Made by a program: the position numbers and the translations under genes
Source of the DNA: Octopus vulgaris
Taxonomy: Eukaryota
Length of the DNA stretch: 64,000 nucleotides
Assembly (NCBI GenBank): GCA_951406725.2
Contig: OX597817.1
Location: 92,256,001-92,320,000 of the forward strand
Direction: 5' to 3'
Part shown: in pieces, positions 13,637 through 26,575 of the stretch
How the letters are laid out: each line of letters begins with the position of its first letter
How positions within the stretch are numbered: position 1 is the stretch's first letter
The notes under the pieces: generated by a model
What the model was told of the DNA's origin: nothing
What the model saw: only the letters and a program-made list of their open reading frames with translations
The model's database searches: none

Positions 13637-13815
13637 TCCACGCAAGCAGAAATGACCACTCAGTAGGCCTCCACGATGGTGGAGTTAGGATTTTAGGAGG
13701 GCGATTGGGACCACATGGATGAGTAAGTTGCAATCCAGAGAGGAGTGGACAGCGTGCTGTGACCAGCAGTGTCAAATGGACGCCTGACGGACTGGTTGGT
13801 CAAAGTGGTCTAGAT

Positions 13816-13952
13816 GATATATGTGTGTATGTATATGTGTATATATATATATGTTTATATTTATGTGTATGTATATATGTATATTTATATATGTGTATAT
13901 ATAAATGTATGCACATGTATATATGTGCATATATAAATGTATGTATATATAT

Positions 13953-13989
<37 letters not shown>

Positions 13990-14360
13990 GATGTATATAT
14001 ATATATATGTATGTATATAGATGTATATATATATGTATGTATATAGATGTATGCATATAGATGTATGTATATATATATATGTATATATGTATGTATATAG
14101 ATGTATGCATATAGATGTATGTATATATATATATGTATATATGTATGTATATATATGTATATATATGTATGTATGTTTATGTATGTATATATATCTATGT
14201 GTATGTATGTTTATGTATGTATATCTATGTATATATATATGTATGTATATATATGTATATATAAGTATGGTATGTATATATATGTATGTATGTTTATGTA
14301 TGTATATATATCTATGTATATGTATGTATATATATGTATGTATGTTTATGTATGTATATA
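13816..14360. repeat. compound (TA)n/(TATG)n microsatellite
   Basis: direct reading. Confidence 0.95.
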
Positions 14361-15612
14361 TCTTGCAAACAACTTGCACATGCAAGTGCTACCAGTTAAA
14401 AGCTCCGTATATCGGAAGCTAGCAAGTGTATGGGGTCATCAGGAGAGAATGCACGCCGTTTCGGGGCCTACCTCTCGACGGCATCAATGCGCACCGGCCA
14501 CCCTCACTGATATGAGGCCCCGCTTGCTAGATCAGCTGGTTATGAAGAACTCAATATACTTCTAGCCATCGCTCATCGTCTCTTTTTAACCAAATCCAGT
14601 GGCTAGCCTTCTCCACTGTAGATTGGATATCAGTCATGGTGGTATTGACTTTACGATGAGTTAGGCCTAACGATAACAACAGTCGTCTCACGCTGTGTCC
14701 TACAAACCCTCTACATCCGACTTCGATAGGAAAATGTTCCGCTTTCCAGCCTGCGTCTTCACATTCCTCGAGGAGGTTTTCATAACAGTTTAATTTTCGA
14801 GCTCGAGCGGCGTCCATATTATCTTCGTGAGGAACCGTTAGCTCGACTATATTTACAACTTTCTTTCTTTCACACCACATCAAAATATCTGGTTTTTTCG
14901 AAACTGGGATGGGAAAGAAAACCTGGCACCCAGGTAAATCTGCAGTTACCTCCCAATAGCCGTTCCACTTTTCATTTTTCTCAGGAAGTTTCTTGGTCTT
15001 CTTCTTGAAACGGATCCGCTGACCTGGTCGCACGAAGGTAATGAACTCTCTTGATGGTTCTTTTAACGATTTTTCCTCAGTGTTGTTGAGATGAATTTGG
15101 TTCTTTATAGCATTGAAGATAACCTTAAGGACCAAGTTGTGCCTCCATGTGTACCTGTTCAATGCTAATGAACAGTTGGAAAGAATATGTTTTAGTGTAC
15201 CGACTTTTCCACATTTGCAGATGTCGTTCTCTAAGACGTTCCATCTTACTAGATTCGTAGGTGATGGCAAAACATCATAAGATGAACGAATCAGGAAACT
15301 CAGCCGAGATGTTGTCCACTTCCACATCTCATCCCAACTTATCTTCCTCTCAACAACATGTTCTTCCCATCTCGTCATCTGACCTTGATGAACACATCGG
15401 ATCAAATAAAGCTCTCTTCTCTCTCCTTCTCTTGTTTTGACGCTGTTGCTAACAACAGATCTGCGTTCACACGGCATCATGCTTGCAAACGGTCTGAACT
15501 GATGTGCGCCAAAACCAAATCCTTTCCGATGGTTCTGCGTTGCTCCCACCATATCTCTGTGTGTAAGAGAAGACAAGATGTTGTCAGTTTCTGCTTCTGC
15601 TTTCCACTTCCT
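14361..15612 (-). mobile_element. HERO-like (R2 superfamily) non-LTR retrotransposon, 5'-truncated; open C-terminal zinc knuckle and RLE ORF 14551..15576
   Basis: LTHRDMVGA, LSFLIRSSYDVLPSPTNL, CKCG..GTLKHILSNC, RYTWRHN, KPDILMW...VELTVPHE, PIEVGCRGF. Confidence 0.85.
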
Positions 15613-15763
15613 GGCAACATAAAGAACAATCCATTCATCAGTTGTCCCGTTTTATCTACACATATATAAATATGTATATAAATAGGCGTGGGAGTGACTT
15701 GCTTACCAACCACATGGTTCTGGGTTCAGTCCCACTTGGGCAAGTGCCTTCTACTATGGCCTC

Positions 15764-16098
15764 AGCAAGCGTATGGGGTCATCAGGAGAGAATGCGCGCC
15801 GTTTCGGGGTCTACCTCTCGACGGCATCAATGCTCACTGATATGAGGCTCCGCTTGCTAGATCAGCTGGTTATGAAGAACTCAATATACTTCTAGCCATC
15901 GCTCATCGTCTCTTTTTAACCAAATCCAGTGGCTAGCCTTCTCCACTGTAGATTGGATATCAGTCATGGTGGTATTGACTTTACGATGAGTTAGGCCTAA
16001 CGATAACAACAGTCGTCTCACGCTGTGTCCTACAAACCCTCTACATCCGACTTCGATAGGAAAATGTTCCGCTTTCCAGCCTGCGTCTTCACATTCCT
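15764..16098 (-). repeat. near-identical duplicate of the HERO 3' end
   Basis: matches about 14421-14768 with one small deletion. Confidence 0.9.
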
Positions 16099-16204
16099 CT
16101 TTGAATGTATATACATTATACTTTGAATGTATATATTCATGTATATGTGTATTTATATGCACATATACTATGTATGTATATATATATTTGTTTTCTCTTA
16201 TTCT

Positions 16205-16588
16205 TTTATTCATTTACTTGTTTCAGTCTTTTGACTGTGGCCATGCTGGAAAACTGCCTTTAGTTGAGCAAATCTACCCCAGGACTTATTCTTTGTAAGC
16301 CTAGTACTTATTCTATTGGTCTTTTTGCCAAACCGCTAAGTTACGGAGGTGTAAACACACCAGCATCTGTTGTGAAGCGATGTTGGGGTACAAACACACA
16401 AACATATACACACACATCCATAATACATATATATATATATGATGGGCTTCTTTCAGTTTCTGTCTACCAAATCCACTGACAAGGCTTCGGTCAGCCTGAG
16501 GCCATAGTAGAAGGCACTTGCCCAAGGTACCACACAGTGGGACTGAACCCAGAACCATGTGGTTGGTAAGCAAGTCACTCCCGCGCCT
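16205..16588 (-). mobile_element. tRNA-derived SINE with A-box deletion
   Basis: full body and tail; head reads GGCGCGGGAGTGACTTGCTTACC (internal deletion). Confidence 0.9.
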
Positions 16589-16611
16589 ATTTATATACAT
16601 GATATTTATAT

Positions 16612-16858
16612 ATGTGTAGATAAAACGGGACAACTGATGAATGGATTGTTCTTTATGTTGCCTGTCTCGTTTCTGTATTTGTTTCTTTCATTGTTTGAAA
16701 ACAGTTCGTTTTCCATGTTTTTGTTTTTTTTGTGTTTTTTTTTGCTCATGTTTTTTTGACATTCTATACCCATATATGCATGTATATATACATTTATATG
16801 TAGGTATGTACATATATGAATGTATATATTCATGTATATGTGTATTTATATGCACATA

Positions 16859-16860
<2 letters not shown>
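16612..16860 (+). repeat. diverged relative of the 825/838-bp repeat family
   Basis: TACCCATATATGCATGTATAT...TAGGTATGTACATA and GTAGAT..AAC...ACTGATGAA..GGATT align with the minus strand of 20383-20650 and 48303-48550. Confidence 0.6.
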
Positions 16861-16897
<37 letters not shown>

Positions 16898-16899
<2 letters not shown>

Positions 16900-19800
16900 C
16901 GGACTACCTCATTGACAAATGACAGTGACCTTCTCTTCGTGGCAGGTGATTTCAATGGACATGTTGGACGACATGTCAGGGGCTTCCATGGCATCCATGG
17001 AGGCCACGGTTTTGGCTCTCGAAATGAGGAGGGAACCAGGCTGCTGGAGTTCTGCGATGCAAATGACCTTATGGTCTGCAATACCCACTTCAGGAAACCC
17101 ACCTCTCACCTAGTCACCTACCGTTCTGGCAGACACACCAGCCAGATTGACTACATCCTTGCCAGAAAAAGGGAAAGAGGGCTGATTATAAATGCCAAAA
17201 CCTTCCCAGGCGAAGAATGTACTCCCCAACATAGATTAGTAGTTAGCGACTTCAGGATCAGAGCTAAATGGTCGCCCAGAAGAAGACCAGCTTGGAGGAG
17301 AAGGGTCTGGAAGCTTAAAGATCCTGCAAATGCACAGAGATTTAGAGACATACTACTCGAAGCCTCTGACGAAATAGAAGGGGATATAGCTTCACTTAAT
17401 GTGGAAGACAACTGGAGATTCCTACGGGACAATCTGCTGACAGCCACTGACCAGATCTGTGGATGGAGCAAAGTACCATCTCGACCCAGAGTAACATGGT
17501 GGTGGAACACGGTGGTTGACGGGGCTATTAGACAAAAGAGACAGGCTTGGAAGGACTGGAAGAACGGTGGTAGCAGGGAATTGTATCAGACAGCCAAAAG
17601 GGAAGCTAGGAGACAGGTTTATATAGCCAGAGGGGAAGCGGATAAGAAAAAATTTGCCAATGTTCTGAGCCGTGAGGATGAAAGACTTGAGGTATTTCGT
17701 GTTGCAAGACAGTGTGTGAGAGAGAATCGTGATGTGGTAGGAGAGAAGTGTGTTCGCATGGATGATGGTTCACTTGCGCTAAATGAGGATGCAAAGAGAG
17801 AGGTTTGGAGATGCCACTATGAAAGTTTGCTGAATAAAGAAAATGAATGGGATAAAGAGAGTCTGCCAAATGTTGACCCAACAGAGGGGCCAGCTATCCG
17901 AGTTGATAGTTCCGTGGTAGCTAAGGCAATTAGAAGCATGAAGACAGGGAAAGCCCCAGGCCCATCAGGAATTACTGCAGAGATGCTCAAAATATCTGGC
18001 AGTGTCGGCTATAACCTAGTCACCCGTATAGTCAACCAGGTGATACACGAAGGAGTCATACCCAATGACTGGTGTAGCAGCATACTAGTCAACTGCTACA
18101 AAGGTAAAGGTGATGCCCTGGATACAAATAATTACAGAGGTATCAAGCTGTTGGATCAGGTAATGAAGGTTACGGAGAGGGTCTTAGCCCAACTAATTAG
18201 AGAGAGAGTTAGTTTAGATGAGATGCAGTTTGGGTTTGTCCCAGGGAAAAGCACCACTGATGCTATATTCCTGGTAAGGCAGCTGCAGGAGAAATACCTA
18301 GCCAAGGATAAGCCCCTGTACCTGGCTTTTGTTGACATGGAGAAAGCCTTTGATAGGGTCCCCCGATCCCTCATCTGGTGGTCAATGAGGAAACTAGGGA
18401 TAGATGAATGGCTGGTGAGGGCTGTGCAAGCCATGTACAGAGATGCCGTAAGTAAGGTTAGAGTTGGCAACATGTACACAGAAGAATTCAAAGTAGAGGT
18501 TGGGGTCCACCAGGGTTCAGTACTCAGCCCCCTCCTATTTATCATAGTCCTCCAGGCAATAACGGAGGAATTCAAGACAGGTTGCCCCTGGGAGCTCCTC
18601 TATGCTGACGACCTCGCTCTAATCGCTGAGTCACTATCAGAACTGGAGGAGAAGTTCCAGGTGTGGAAGGAGGGTTTAGAATCGAGGGGCCTTAGAGTCA
18701 ACCTAGCTAAAACCAAAGTACTAATAAGTAGAAAGGTAGAAAACCCACAAATATCATCAGGAAGATGGCCCTGCTCGATCTGTAGAAAAGGTGTAGGTAG
18801 AAACTCTATAAGATGTACCCAGTGTAAGCTATGGACACATAAGAGGTGCAGCAATGTCAAAGGTAGGCTAACTGGGAAGATAGTTTTTGTATGTGGCAGG
18901 TGCTCTGGAGCACTGACCTCCGAAAATCTGCAGAAAACAACTTCTGTCACTTTCCGGGGGAAAAACTAGAAGTAGTTGATAGTTTCCGCTATCTAGGTGA
19001 CCAAGTCAGTAGTGGGGGTGGGTGCGCTGAAAGTGTAACTGCTAGAATAAGAATAGCCTGGGCAAAGTTTAGGGAGCTCTTACCTCTGCTGGTGACTAAA
19101 GGCCTCTCGCTCAGAGTAAAAGGCAGACTGTATGATGCATGTGTACGAACAGCTATGCTACATGGCAGTGAAACATGGGCCGTGACTGCTGAGGACATGC
19201 GTAAGCTCGTGAGGAACGAAGCCAGTATGCTCCGATGGATGTGTAATGTCAGTGTACTTACTCGACAGAGCGTTAGTACCTTGAGAGAAATGTTGTACCT
19301 AAGAAGCATCAGTTGTTGTGTGCAAGAGAGACGATTGCGCTGGTATGGTCATGTGGCGAGAATGGATGAAGAGGTGTGTGAGAAAGTGCCAATCCCTAGC
19401 AGTTGAGGGAACCCGTGGAAGAGGTAGACCCAGGAAAACCTGGGACGAGGTGGTGAAGCACGACCTTCGGACGTTAGGTCTCACCATGGAAATGACTAGA
19501 GACCGAGACCTATGGAAGTATGCTGTGCGTGAGAAGACCCGGCAAGACTAGTGAAGCCATAATCCGTGGCCCCTACCTGGGACGTAGTCAGTCCACCTGT
19601 GCATACCTTCCTTCTTGTGACACTTGTGAAGACCTGTTGAGGCAAGTGAGAATCGAATCGTATCAAATCAAATCGAACCAAATCAAAATAGATGAACATC
19701 AATGGAATTTGTATCCTTGTGGTACCAGTGCCGGTGGCACATAAGAAAACCATCCGAACGTGACCGTAGCCAGTACCGCAATGACTGGCCTCCGTGCTGA

Positions 19801-20350
19801 GGGCACGTAACAAACACCATCCGAGCATGGCCGTCCGCCAGCCTCGTCTAGCACCTGTGTCGGTGACACATAAGAAAACACCATCCGAGCGTGGCCGTCT
19901 GCCAGCCTCGTCTGGCACCTGTGTCGGTGGCACATAAAAAACACCATCCGAGCGTGGCCGTCTGCCAGCCTCGTCTGGCACCTGTGTCGGTGGCACATAA
20001 AAAACACCATCCGAGCGTGGCCGTCTGCCAGCCTCGTCTGGCACCTGTGTCGGTGGCACATAAAAACACCATCCGAGCGTGGCCGTCTGCCAGCCTCGTC
20101 TGGCACCTGTGTTGGTGGCACATAAAAAACACCATCCGAGCGTGGCCGTCTGCCAGCCTCGTCTGGCACCTGTGTCGGTGGCACATAAAATCACCCACTA
20201 CACTCTCGGAGTGGTTGGCGTTAGGAAGGGCATCCAGCTGTAGAAACACTGCCACATCTGACTGGCCTGGTGCAGCCTTCGGGCTTCCCAGACCCCAGTT
20301 GAACCGTCCAACCCATGCTAGCATGGAAAGCGGACGTTAAACGATGATAA
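16898..20350 (+). mobile_element. RTE-clade LINE, 5'-truncated within APE: APE, RT with PHD-finger insertion, 3' UTR with about 61-bp tandem array, (GAT/AAT)n tail
   Basis: GDFNGHVG, SQIDYIL, KAPGPSGI, NYRGIKLL, FVDMEKAFD, GVHQGSVLSP, YADD, RGRGRPRKTW; frameshifts near 18958 and 19371; stop at 19551. Confidence 0.95.
19810..20190 (+). repeat. tandem array of about 61-62 bp units (about 6 copies) in the RTE 3' UTR
   Basis: unit AAAAACACCATCCGAGCGTGGCCGTCTGCCAGCCTCGTCTGGCACCTGTGTCGGTGGCACAT. Confidence 0.95.
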
Positions 20351-20382
20351 TAATAATAATAATAATAATATATATATATATA

Positions 20383-21445
20383 TATAATATATTAATAAAT
20401 AAAATAAAACATATGCATATATATAAACATTTATGTACGTACCTACCTCTACATGTACATATACACGCATATATGGGTACAGGACACCAAAAAGGACGTC
20501 GAACACAATGAGAAATGGAAACATAGACACAAACCAAAGGAACTGGACATTTATTAAAAACAGCAAAAAAATAGAATACAGGACAATTAACACAAGGAAA
20601 AACCCCTTTTTCAGTCGCTAAAGCTTTCATCTACTCTATGTTTCAAAGGATAAAAGCGAGACGTATCTTCGACAAGAAAACTTTCCTTCCTGCGAAAAGC
20701 AGATCAATTAAAATTCTGAGATCTTTTCGCAGAGGGGTAAAAAATAGTAACAACAGGACAGTAACGACAGTGCAAATTGTAAACAGTATAAGACAGGACA
20801 AGGAAAACAAGATAAGAAGGGCTGTTGACGCCGAACGAAAAAAAGTATTGCAAACGCAGAATTTTTTATGGACGACAAGCGGAGGAAAAAGAGTGTCGTC
20901 CATTACCTTGAAAGAGCCAGGCGAGAGAGACAGCAGCGGAAGTGACGTCGCGGGTGAACGACGGGAAGGGGGGAGGAAGAGCAAGAGAAAGGGAGAGGAG
21001 AAGGGGAATGGCTGCGAGGAAACCATGAAGGATGGAGAGGGGGAGAGAGAGATGAAGAGACAGGTTAAGTAGAGGAAAAGGAAAACAGAATGAAGGCTGA
21101 GAAAGGGATGGGACAGAAAGGTTAAGAGTGCACGTGAGAGTTAATATCAAGAACAAAAACTTGATATAAAGAACAATCTTAATTAAGGGGGTGCGTGCGT
21201 TTCATCATATAATATATTAATAAATAAAATAAAACATATACATATATATAAACATATATGTACGTACCTACCTCTACATGTACATATACACGCATATATG
21301 AGTACAGGACACCAAAAAGGACGTCGAACACAATGAGAAACGGAAACATAGACACAAACCAAAGGAACTGGACATTTATTAAAAACAGCAAAAAAATAGA
21401 ATACAGGACAATTAACACAAGGAAAAACCCCTTCTTCAGTCACTA
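20383..21445 (-). mobile_element. non-coding head-to-tail 1.3-mer (825-bp unit) in (TA)n, Penelope pLTR/retrozyme-like
   Basis: 20383-20620 repeated at 21208-21445; homologous to 48303-49423. Confidence 0.75.
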
Positions 21446-22865
21446 ATATATATATATATATGTATATGTGTGTGTGTGTATATAGCTGTGTATGTGCATA
21501 TACATGTATATGTATTTATATATGTATGCATAAGTATATATGTATATATAAGTGTATGTATATGAGTATATAAGTAAATATATCTATGTATATATATATA
21601 TATATATATATAATGTACATTTGTGTATATATGTATATGGCCGATGGTCATGTGCAAGCAACAAGAGCAAAGGTGGAAGCGTGAGCGAGAGAGGGACAGA
21701 CTGCAGTTTCTTTTGAAATATCTACATAGACTTCTTTTACTTTCCATGTCTGTACGTATGTATACGTCAACTTCTATATATTTCTTCAACTCTTGGCATC
21801 TGTATAGAGATTCTATCATCTATTCATATCTAAATATATATACTTCAGTTATATACATTATACATTCATCTGCAGCCACTTTCTCTAGTTGTCTGCCTTT
21901 CTTTCTACCTCATTATTTTCTCAACCGAAGGGATCAGTCACACTATACTTTCTCTACTTTTCATAGGTAATAAAATAGGTACAGTGATGTCACTTAATTA
22001 AATCCCTGGGCTCAGATTTCTTCAGAATCAGTAAAATATATACCAGTCATGTATTGAATTTGTATTGCTATAGTTTTCTCTTCCCTGCAGTATAGTTTTT
22101 AAGGTATATTTCAATGTGATGGATGAATTTAGTGGGATGTCTTGCAGTAAAATCTGTGAATGCGTTATGAACGAGGAAAATATCTAAAAAATAAATAATG
22201 GTAACATTGTAATTGAGTCAGATTAATTTAAAAAAGGAAAAAAATCAACTTGAAAATTAAAAATAAGAAAAGAATAGGATGTTTTGAGTTGATGTTTTAA
22301 ATACTTCTAGACTAATTGGCTGGAGTTTTTGTGAGCATCTGAAAGTAAAGGCTTTGATGAAGAGGAAACCAGCCCACCAGGAAGTAAATTTTTCAGTCAC
22401 TTTATCAAGAACAGATCGTGGTTGAAATTAAAACAAACACTTACAAGAATTCTTTCAAACACTTTACGTTTCACAACCTGCATTGATATGTATTTTTTAA
22501 ATTACATACATAACAAGGTCAGTTTTTCTTATTTGTTACTGATTTTGTTGTTTTTTTCTATTTTCTCTCTATACTTTAAACTACTGTGTCCATTATATAA
22601 GATAATATTTCATGGTCCCAGTTTTAAAATGTATGAGATGTCTTTAATCATGCTAAGTTTTGTGTTCCAAATTTTAACAAGCTATTCTTTTTCCTGAGGT
22701 CAGGCTTCATTGGGTTATCCTGTGAAGAATGTCATCTATTCCATACTTTTGTATGTCCATAGCATCATTGTGCAATATGTTCTTCCTCCTTAAAACAATA
22801 GAGTATAAATTGAGAAAGATTATGGTTACAATTTCTAGCTAGTATAATTTGACTTCATTGAATCT

Positions 22866-23291
22866 TCATAGTAAGCAAGTTAGCATCTCGAAAGAGTCCA
22901 GAAGCTGGCTACCCGCATGGTTCATGGTCTCAAAAATTTGTCCTATGAAGAAAGGCTGAGGACGCTTGACCTTTATTCTCTTGAAAAACGCCGCCGCCGT
23001 GGTGATCTCATTCTCGCCCACAACATCATAAGCGGAAAGTGTAACCTCTCGAAAGAGCTGTTCTTCACTCCTGCTCCAGAGCGTCGGCTGCGGGGTCATT
23101 CCGAAAAGCTCTACCCGCGACGATTTCATCTCAATCGAAGGAGAGGAGCTGCCGACGACCGCTTTGTTCAAAGCCTCCCTTGACCTCAAGTGGCCTGAAC
23201 TCTTTACATGAACACCACCCTGTACTTAACTCCATGTCCCCCTACATGGCCTTGCTATTTGCTTTTGAGCCAAATTAACTAACTAACTAAC
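22866..23291 (+). mobile_element. CR1 LINE 3' fragment with (TAAC)n tail
   Basis: LERVQKLATRMVHGLKNLSYEERLRTLDLYSLEKRRRRGDLI...RLRGHSEKL. Confidence 0.9.
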
Positions 23292-23454
23292 ATTGAGGAA
23301 TCCTTCATTTATTAATCCAAAATAATGTTGTGTGTGTGTATAGATAGGTGTCCATTGATGTAGTTGACTTCATTAATATTACAGTTTAGTATTTAAACTA
23401 TGCTTTAAGGCTCTATTTCTTTCTTCAGAAGAATAAATTTAATGCTTTATTATT

Positions 23455-23790
23455 TGGCAGAATTGTTAGAATGTTGGACAAAATGCTTTCGAGTGTTTGT
23501 TCCTGCTCTTTACATCCAAAAGTCATATCTTACTCATATCAATTTTACCTCTTATCTCTTATCCTTTTGGGGATGGTAAAATAAAAGCACCAATTAATTA
23601 CTGAGGTGAATAGTTCTGACTAATCTCTCTCCTCAAAATTGTTAGAGCATCAGAAAAGTGTTTAGTGTTATATGTATGTTCCAGTTCTTGCAATCAAGTT
23701 TGCCTTTTATCCTTTCAGGTTGATGCAATAATCTACAGTCAAAGCAGTGGAGTCAATATAATCAACTAAACCTCCTCTGTATATATAAGC
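23455..23790 (+). mobile_element. two tandem decayed Meta-SINE-like copies
   Basis: TGGCAGAATTGTTAG head; TTTGCCTTTTATCCTTTCAGGTTGAT-type core appears twice. Confidence 0.5.
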
Positions 23791-24522
23791 TTGAAATTAT
23801 TATTCCTACTGACCTTTAGTTGCTATCCTGGATATCTTAGATCTATAGATCTCTGTTGTAAAACTTAAGAATCAAAATATATTTACCAAACACTCTATTT
23901 CAGTTTCATTTATAAGCCTTTTCACTTGCTTTGTAGGTCTGGTATTCTAAGCATGTTTCAAAAACGTAATTGAAAAGAAATTTAGCGAACTGGGAGGAAA
24001 AGTAAAAGTAGATTTGACATTTTAAGACATTTCCTTCATTAACATTTAATATTAAATTTCAGCTCTTTTCAACATGTCATTAAATGCAAGCTTTACTCAC
24101 CAAGAATTGGTTGGGGTGTCCTTTTTAAGTCTACAATAATGTTTCATTTTTCTTTCTTGATTACTTTATAATGACAATTAATTTACTGGCCTTTACCGGA
24201 AACTACTAACACCCTGGAATATATTGATTTTGTTGTTATATCTATTTGGTTCTTATGAGGTTACTCATACTTATCTAATGACACTTTCTACATGAACTCA
24301 TATTTATTGAACTGTCAATAGTTTCTTGGTAACAATCGAATCACATGATTCATTCTACTTAATTAGTTGTTGATATTTTTCATTTACTACTTTGCATAGC
24401 ACTCCCAACCCAGTAGAGTTGCATGGATCGGGGGATGTGACATTTATATTTTCATTGAAGAGACATGTCTTAACTAATCTGATTGAGTTTTATATACCAA
24501 GAGTCATACTGTATTAAAATTG

Positions 24523-24527
<5 letters not shown>

Positions 24528-24570
<43 letters not shown>
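24528..24570. repeat. (CT)n microsatellite
   Basis: direct reading. Confidence 0.95.
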
Positions 24571-24575
<5 letters not shown>

Positions 24576-25044
24576 CATTTCATTTCATTTCATTTGAGAC
24601 TTAACAGTTTCATCTTGCAAAAGGTTGCCTAATTCAATTATTGCAGTTGAAACCACTGAGTAATAAGAAACTGTTCCTACAGATACTGCATCAACTTATA
24701 TGCTCATATCATTTGTGTTATTACTTCCTCTTAATTAAGCTTTTCCTTTAAAACAACACATTATTTATTACTCAGTGAAATATAATGAAATTCAGAATCC
24801 AATCTTTCATTGACTGCTGTTATAACTTTCAGAACTTTACTGTAATCTCAAGTAAAATGACCAGACATACATCATTTTTAACACTTTGTTTTTGATTGAT
24901 TATTTTTTATATATAGCTTAATCAAAATCAAAGGAAGAAGATCAATATCCATATATGTTTAGAGGTTCTGCAATATGATGGTAGATAGGTTAGCCTCACC
25001 TAGAGAGCTTGACCCAGTACTTGCAACAGAGCAGACTCTTTTAA

Positions 25045-25257
25045 CCCTTTAGCATTTAAACTAGCCATATCCAGCCAAAATACTCTACCTGTTTTATGTT
25101 CAGACTGGCCAGATCCTGCCTTTCACACCTACCCTACATTGTTAGTCTCAAATATATTCAGCCACATAATCAAAATCTCAAGGTTATGAGATAATGCTAG
25201 ATAAATTCAAAACAATGTGAATAACTACATTTGACAGAATAATCTGAATATAAAGGG
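25045..25257. mobile_element. piggyBac-like MITE
   Basis: TTAA TSDs at 25041-44 and 25258-61; ends CCCTTTAGCATTTAAA / TCTGAATATAAAGGG. Confidence 0.8.
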
Positions 25258-25289
25258 TTAAGTACACCCAAGACTCATTTTGTGATGAT

Positions 25290-26033
25290 ACAGTACCGGT
25301 GGCACACAAGAAAACCATCCGATCGTGGCCGTTCGCCAGCCACATCTGGCACCTGTGTCGGTGGCACATAAAGACACCATCCGAAGACCCGGCGACGTAG
25401 ACAGTCCACCTGTGCATACCTTCCTCTTGTGACACTTGTGAAGACCTGTTGAGGCAAGTGAAAATCAAATCAAATCAAATCAAAATAGATGAACATAAAT
25501 GGAATTTGTATCTTTGTGGTACCAGTGCCGGTGGCACACAAGAAAATCATCCGAACGTGGCCGTAGCCAGTACCGCATAGACTGGCCTCCGTGCTTTGGG
25601 GACGTAACAAACACCATCCGATCGTGGCCGTCCGCCAGCCTCATCTGGCACCTGTGTCGGTGGCACATAAAAACACCATCCGAGCGTGGCCGTCTGCCAG
25701 CCTCGTCTGGCACCTGTGTCGGTGGCACATAAAAACACCATCCGAGCGTGGCCGTCTGCCAGCCTCGTCTGGCACCTGTGTCGGTGGCACATAAAAACAC
25801 CATCCGAGCGTGGCCGTTCGCCAGCCTCGTCTGGCACCTGTGTCGGTGGCACATAAAATCACCCACTACACTCTCGGAGTGGTTGGCGTTAGGAAGGGCA
25901 TCCAGCTGTAGAAACACTGCCAGATCTGACTGGCCTGGTGCAGCCTTCGGGCTCCCCAGACCCCAGTTGAACCGTCCAACCCATGCTAGCATGGAAAACG
26001 GACGCTAAATGATGATGATGATGATGATGATGA
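25290..26033 (+). mobile_element. RTE 3'-UTR-only copy with 61-bp array (about 4 units plus a displaced unit) and (GAT)n tail
   Basis: homologous to 19590-20350. Confidence 0.9.
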
Positions 26034-26359
26034 CAGCAAGTAATGGATTTAGTCTGTTCTCTAAGGACGGAAACATTCTACTAAAAGGCTTCCACATAGT
26101 TTCAAGGTGTTGTGCATTGGGATTGAACCTGAAGCCAGATATTTGCAAAAGCTAGCTTTTTAACCACATGGCAACACCTGCCATTTCTATACTCTGTTGA
26201 GTTGGTGTGTTAGTCTTCAATGTCCATCACTATTTTTTGGATGTTGTTTTTGTTTTGATCTTTGATATTATCTCTGCCAAGTTCAACCTTTCCTCTCTGC
26301 ACTAATACAAAAGAATGGAAGTAGATGCTGGAATCATTGGAATATTATGTCTGTATATT

Positions 26360-26575
26360 TATTATTAATTTTTTTTCTTCTGGTTTTAGTCTTGGGAGTA
26401 TGACAGACACCATCTTCAAAGATATAGTCTGTTTAACATAAGCCTCTAGTACCTGAGTGTTCTTTATTTTATCATGAAAAGCAATAGTGACTTTGGTGGG
26501 ATTGAACTCAGAACATAAAGCGATATCATTAAAAATCTGAAGGCATTTTGTCTCATGCTCTAACTGTTCTGCCAT
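26360..26575 (-). mobile_element. decayed Meta-SINE-like copy
   Basis: minus strand GATGGCAGAACAGTTAGAGC...CTGAGTTCAATCCCACCAAAGTCACTATTGCTTTTCAT. Confidence 0.5.

Noticed and set aside
18950-18969. Programmed ribosomal frameshift in the RTE ORF
   Set aside because: The sister copy at 39052..39693 is in frame here, so this is a deletion or sequencing error.
19810-20190. CRISPR-like regular repeat array
   Set aside because: Units are contiguous with no unique spacers, lie in a LINE 3' UTR, and there are no cas genes.
20383-21445. LTR retrotransposon or TRIM (direct terminal repeats)
   Set aside because: No TG...CA ends, PBS or TSD; the second repeat is variably truncated between family copies, which fits a head-to-tail multimer.
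22445-24129. Possible minus-strand microexons (22445-22477 VVKRKVFERIL between CAG and GTAAGT; about 24100-24129 between TAG and GTGAGT)
   Set aside because: Weak polypyrimidine tracts, no recognisable protein, and expected by chance; needs RNA-seq.
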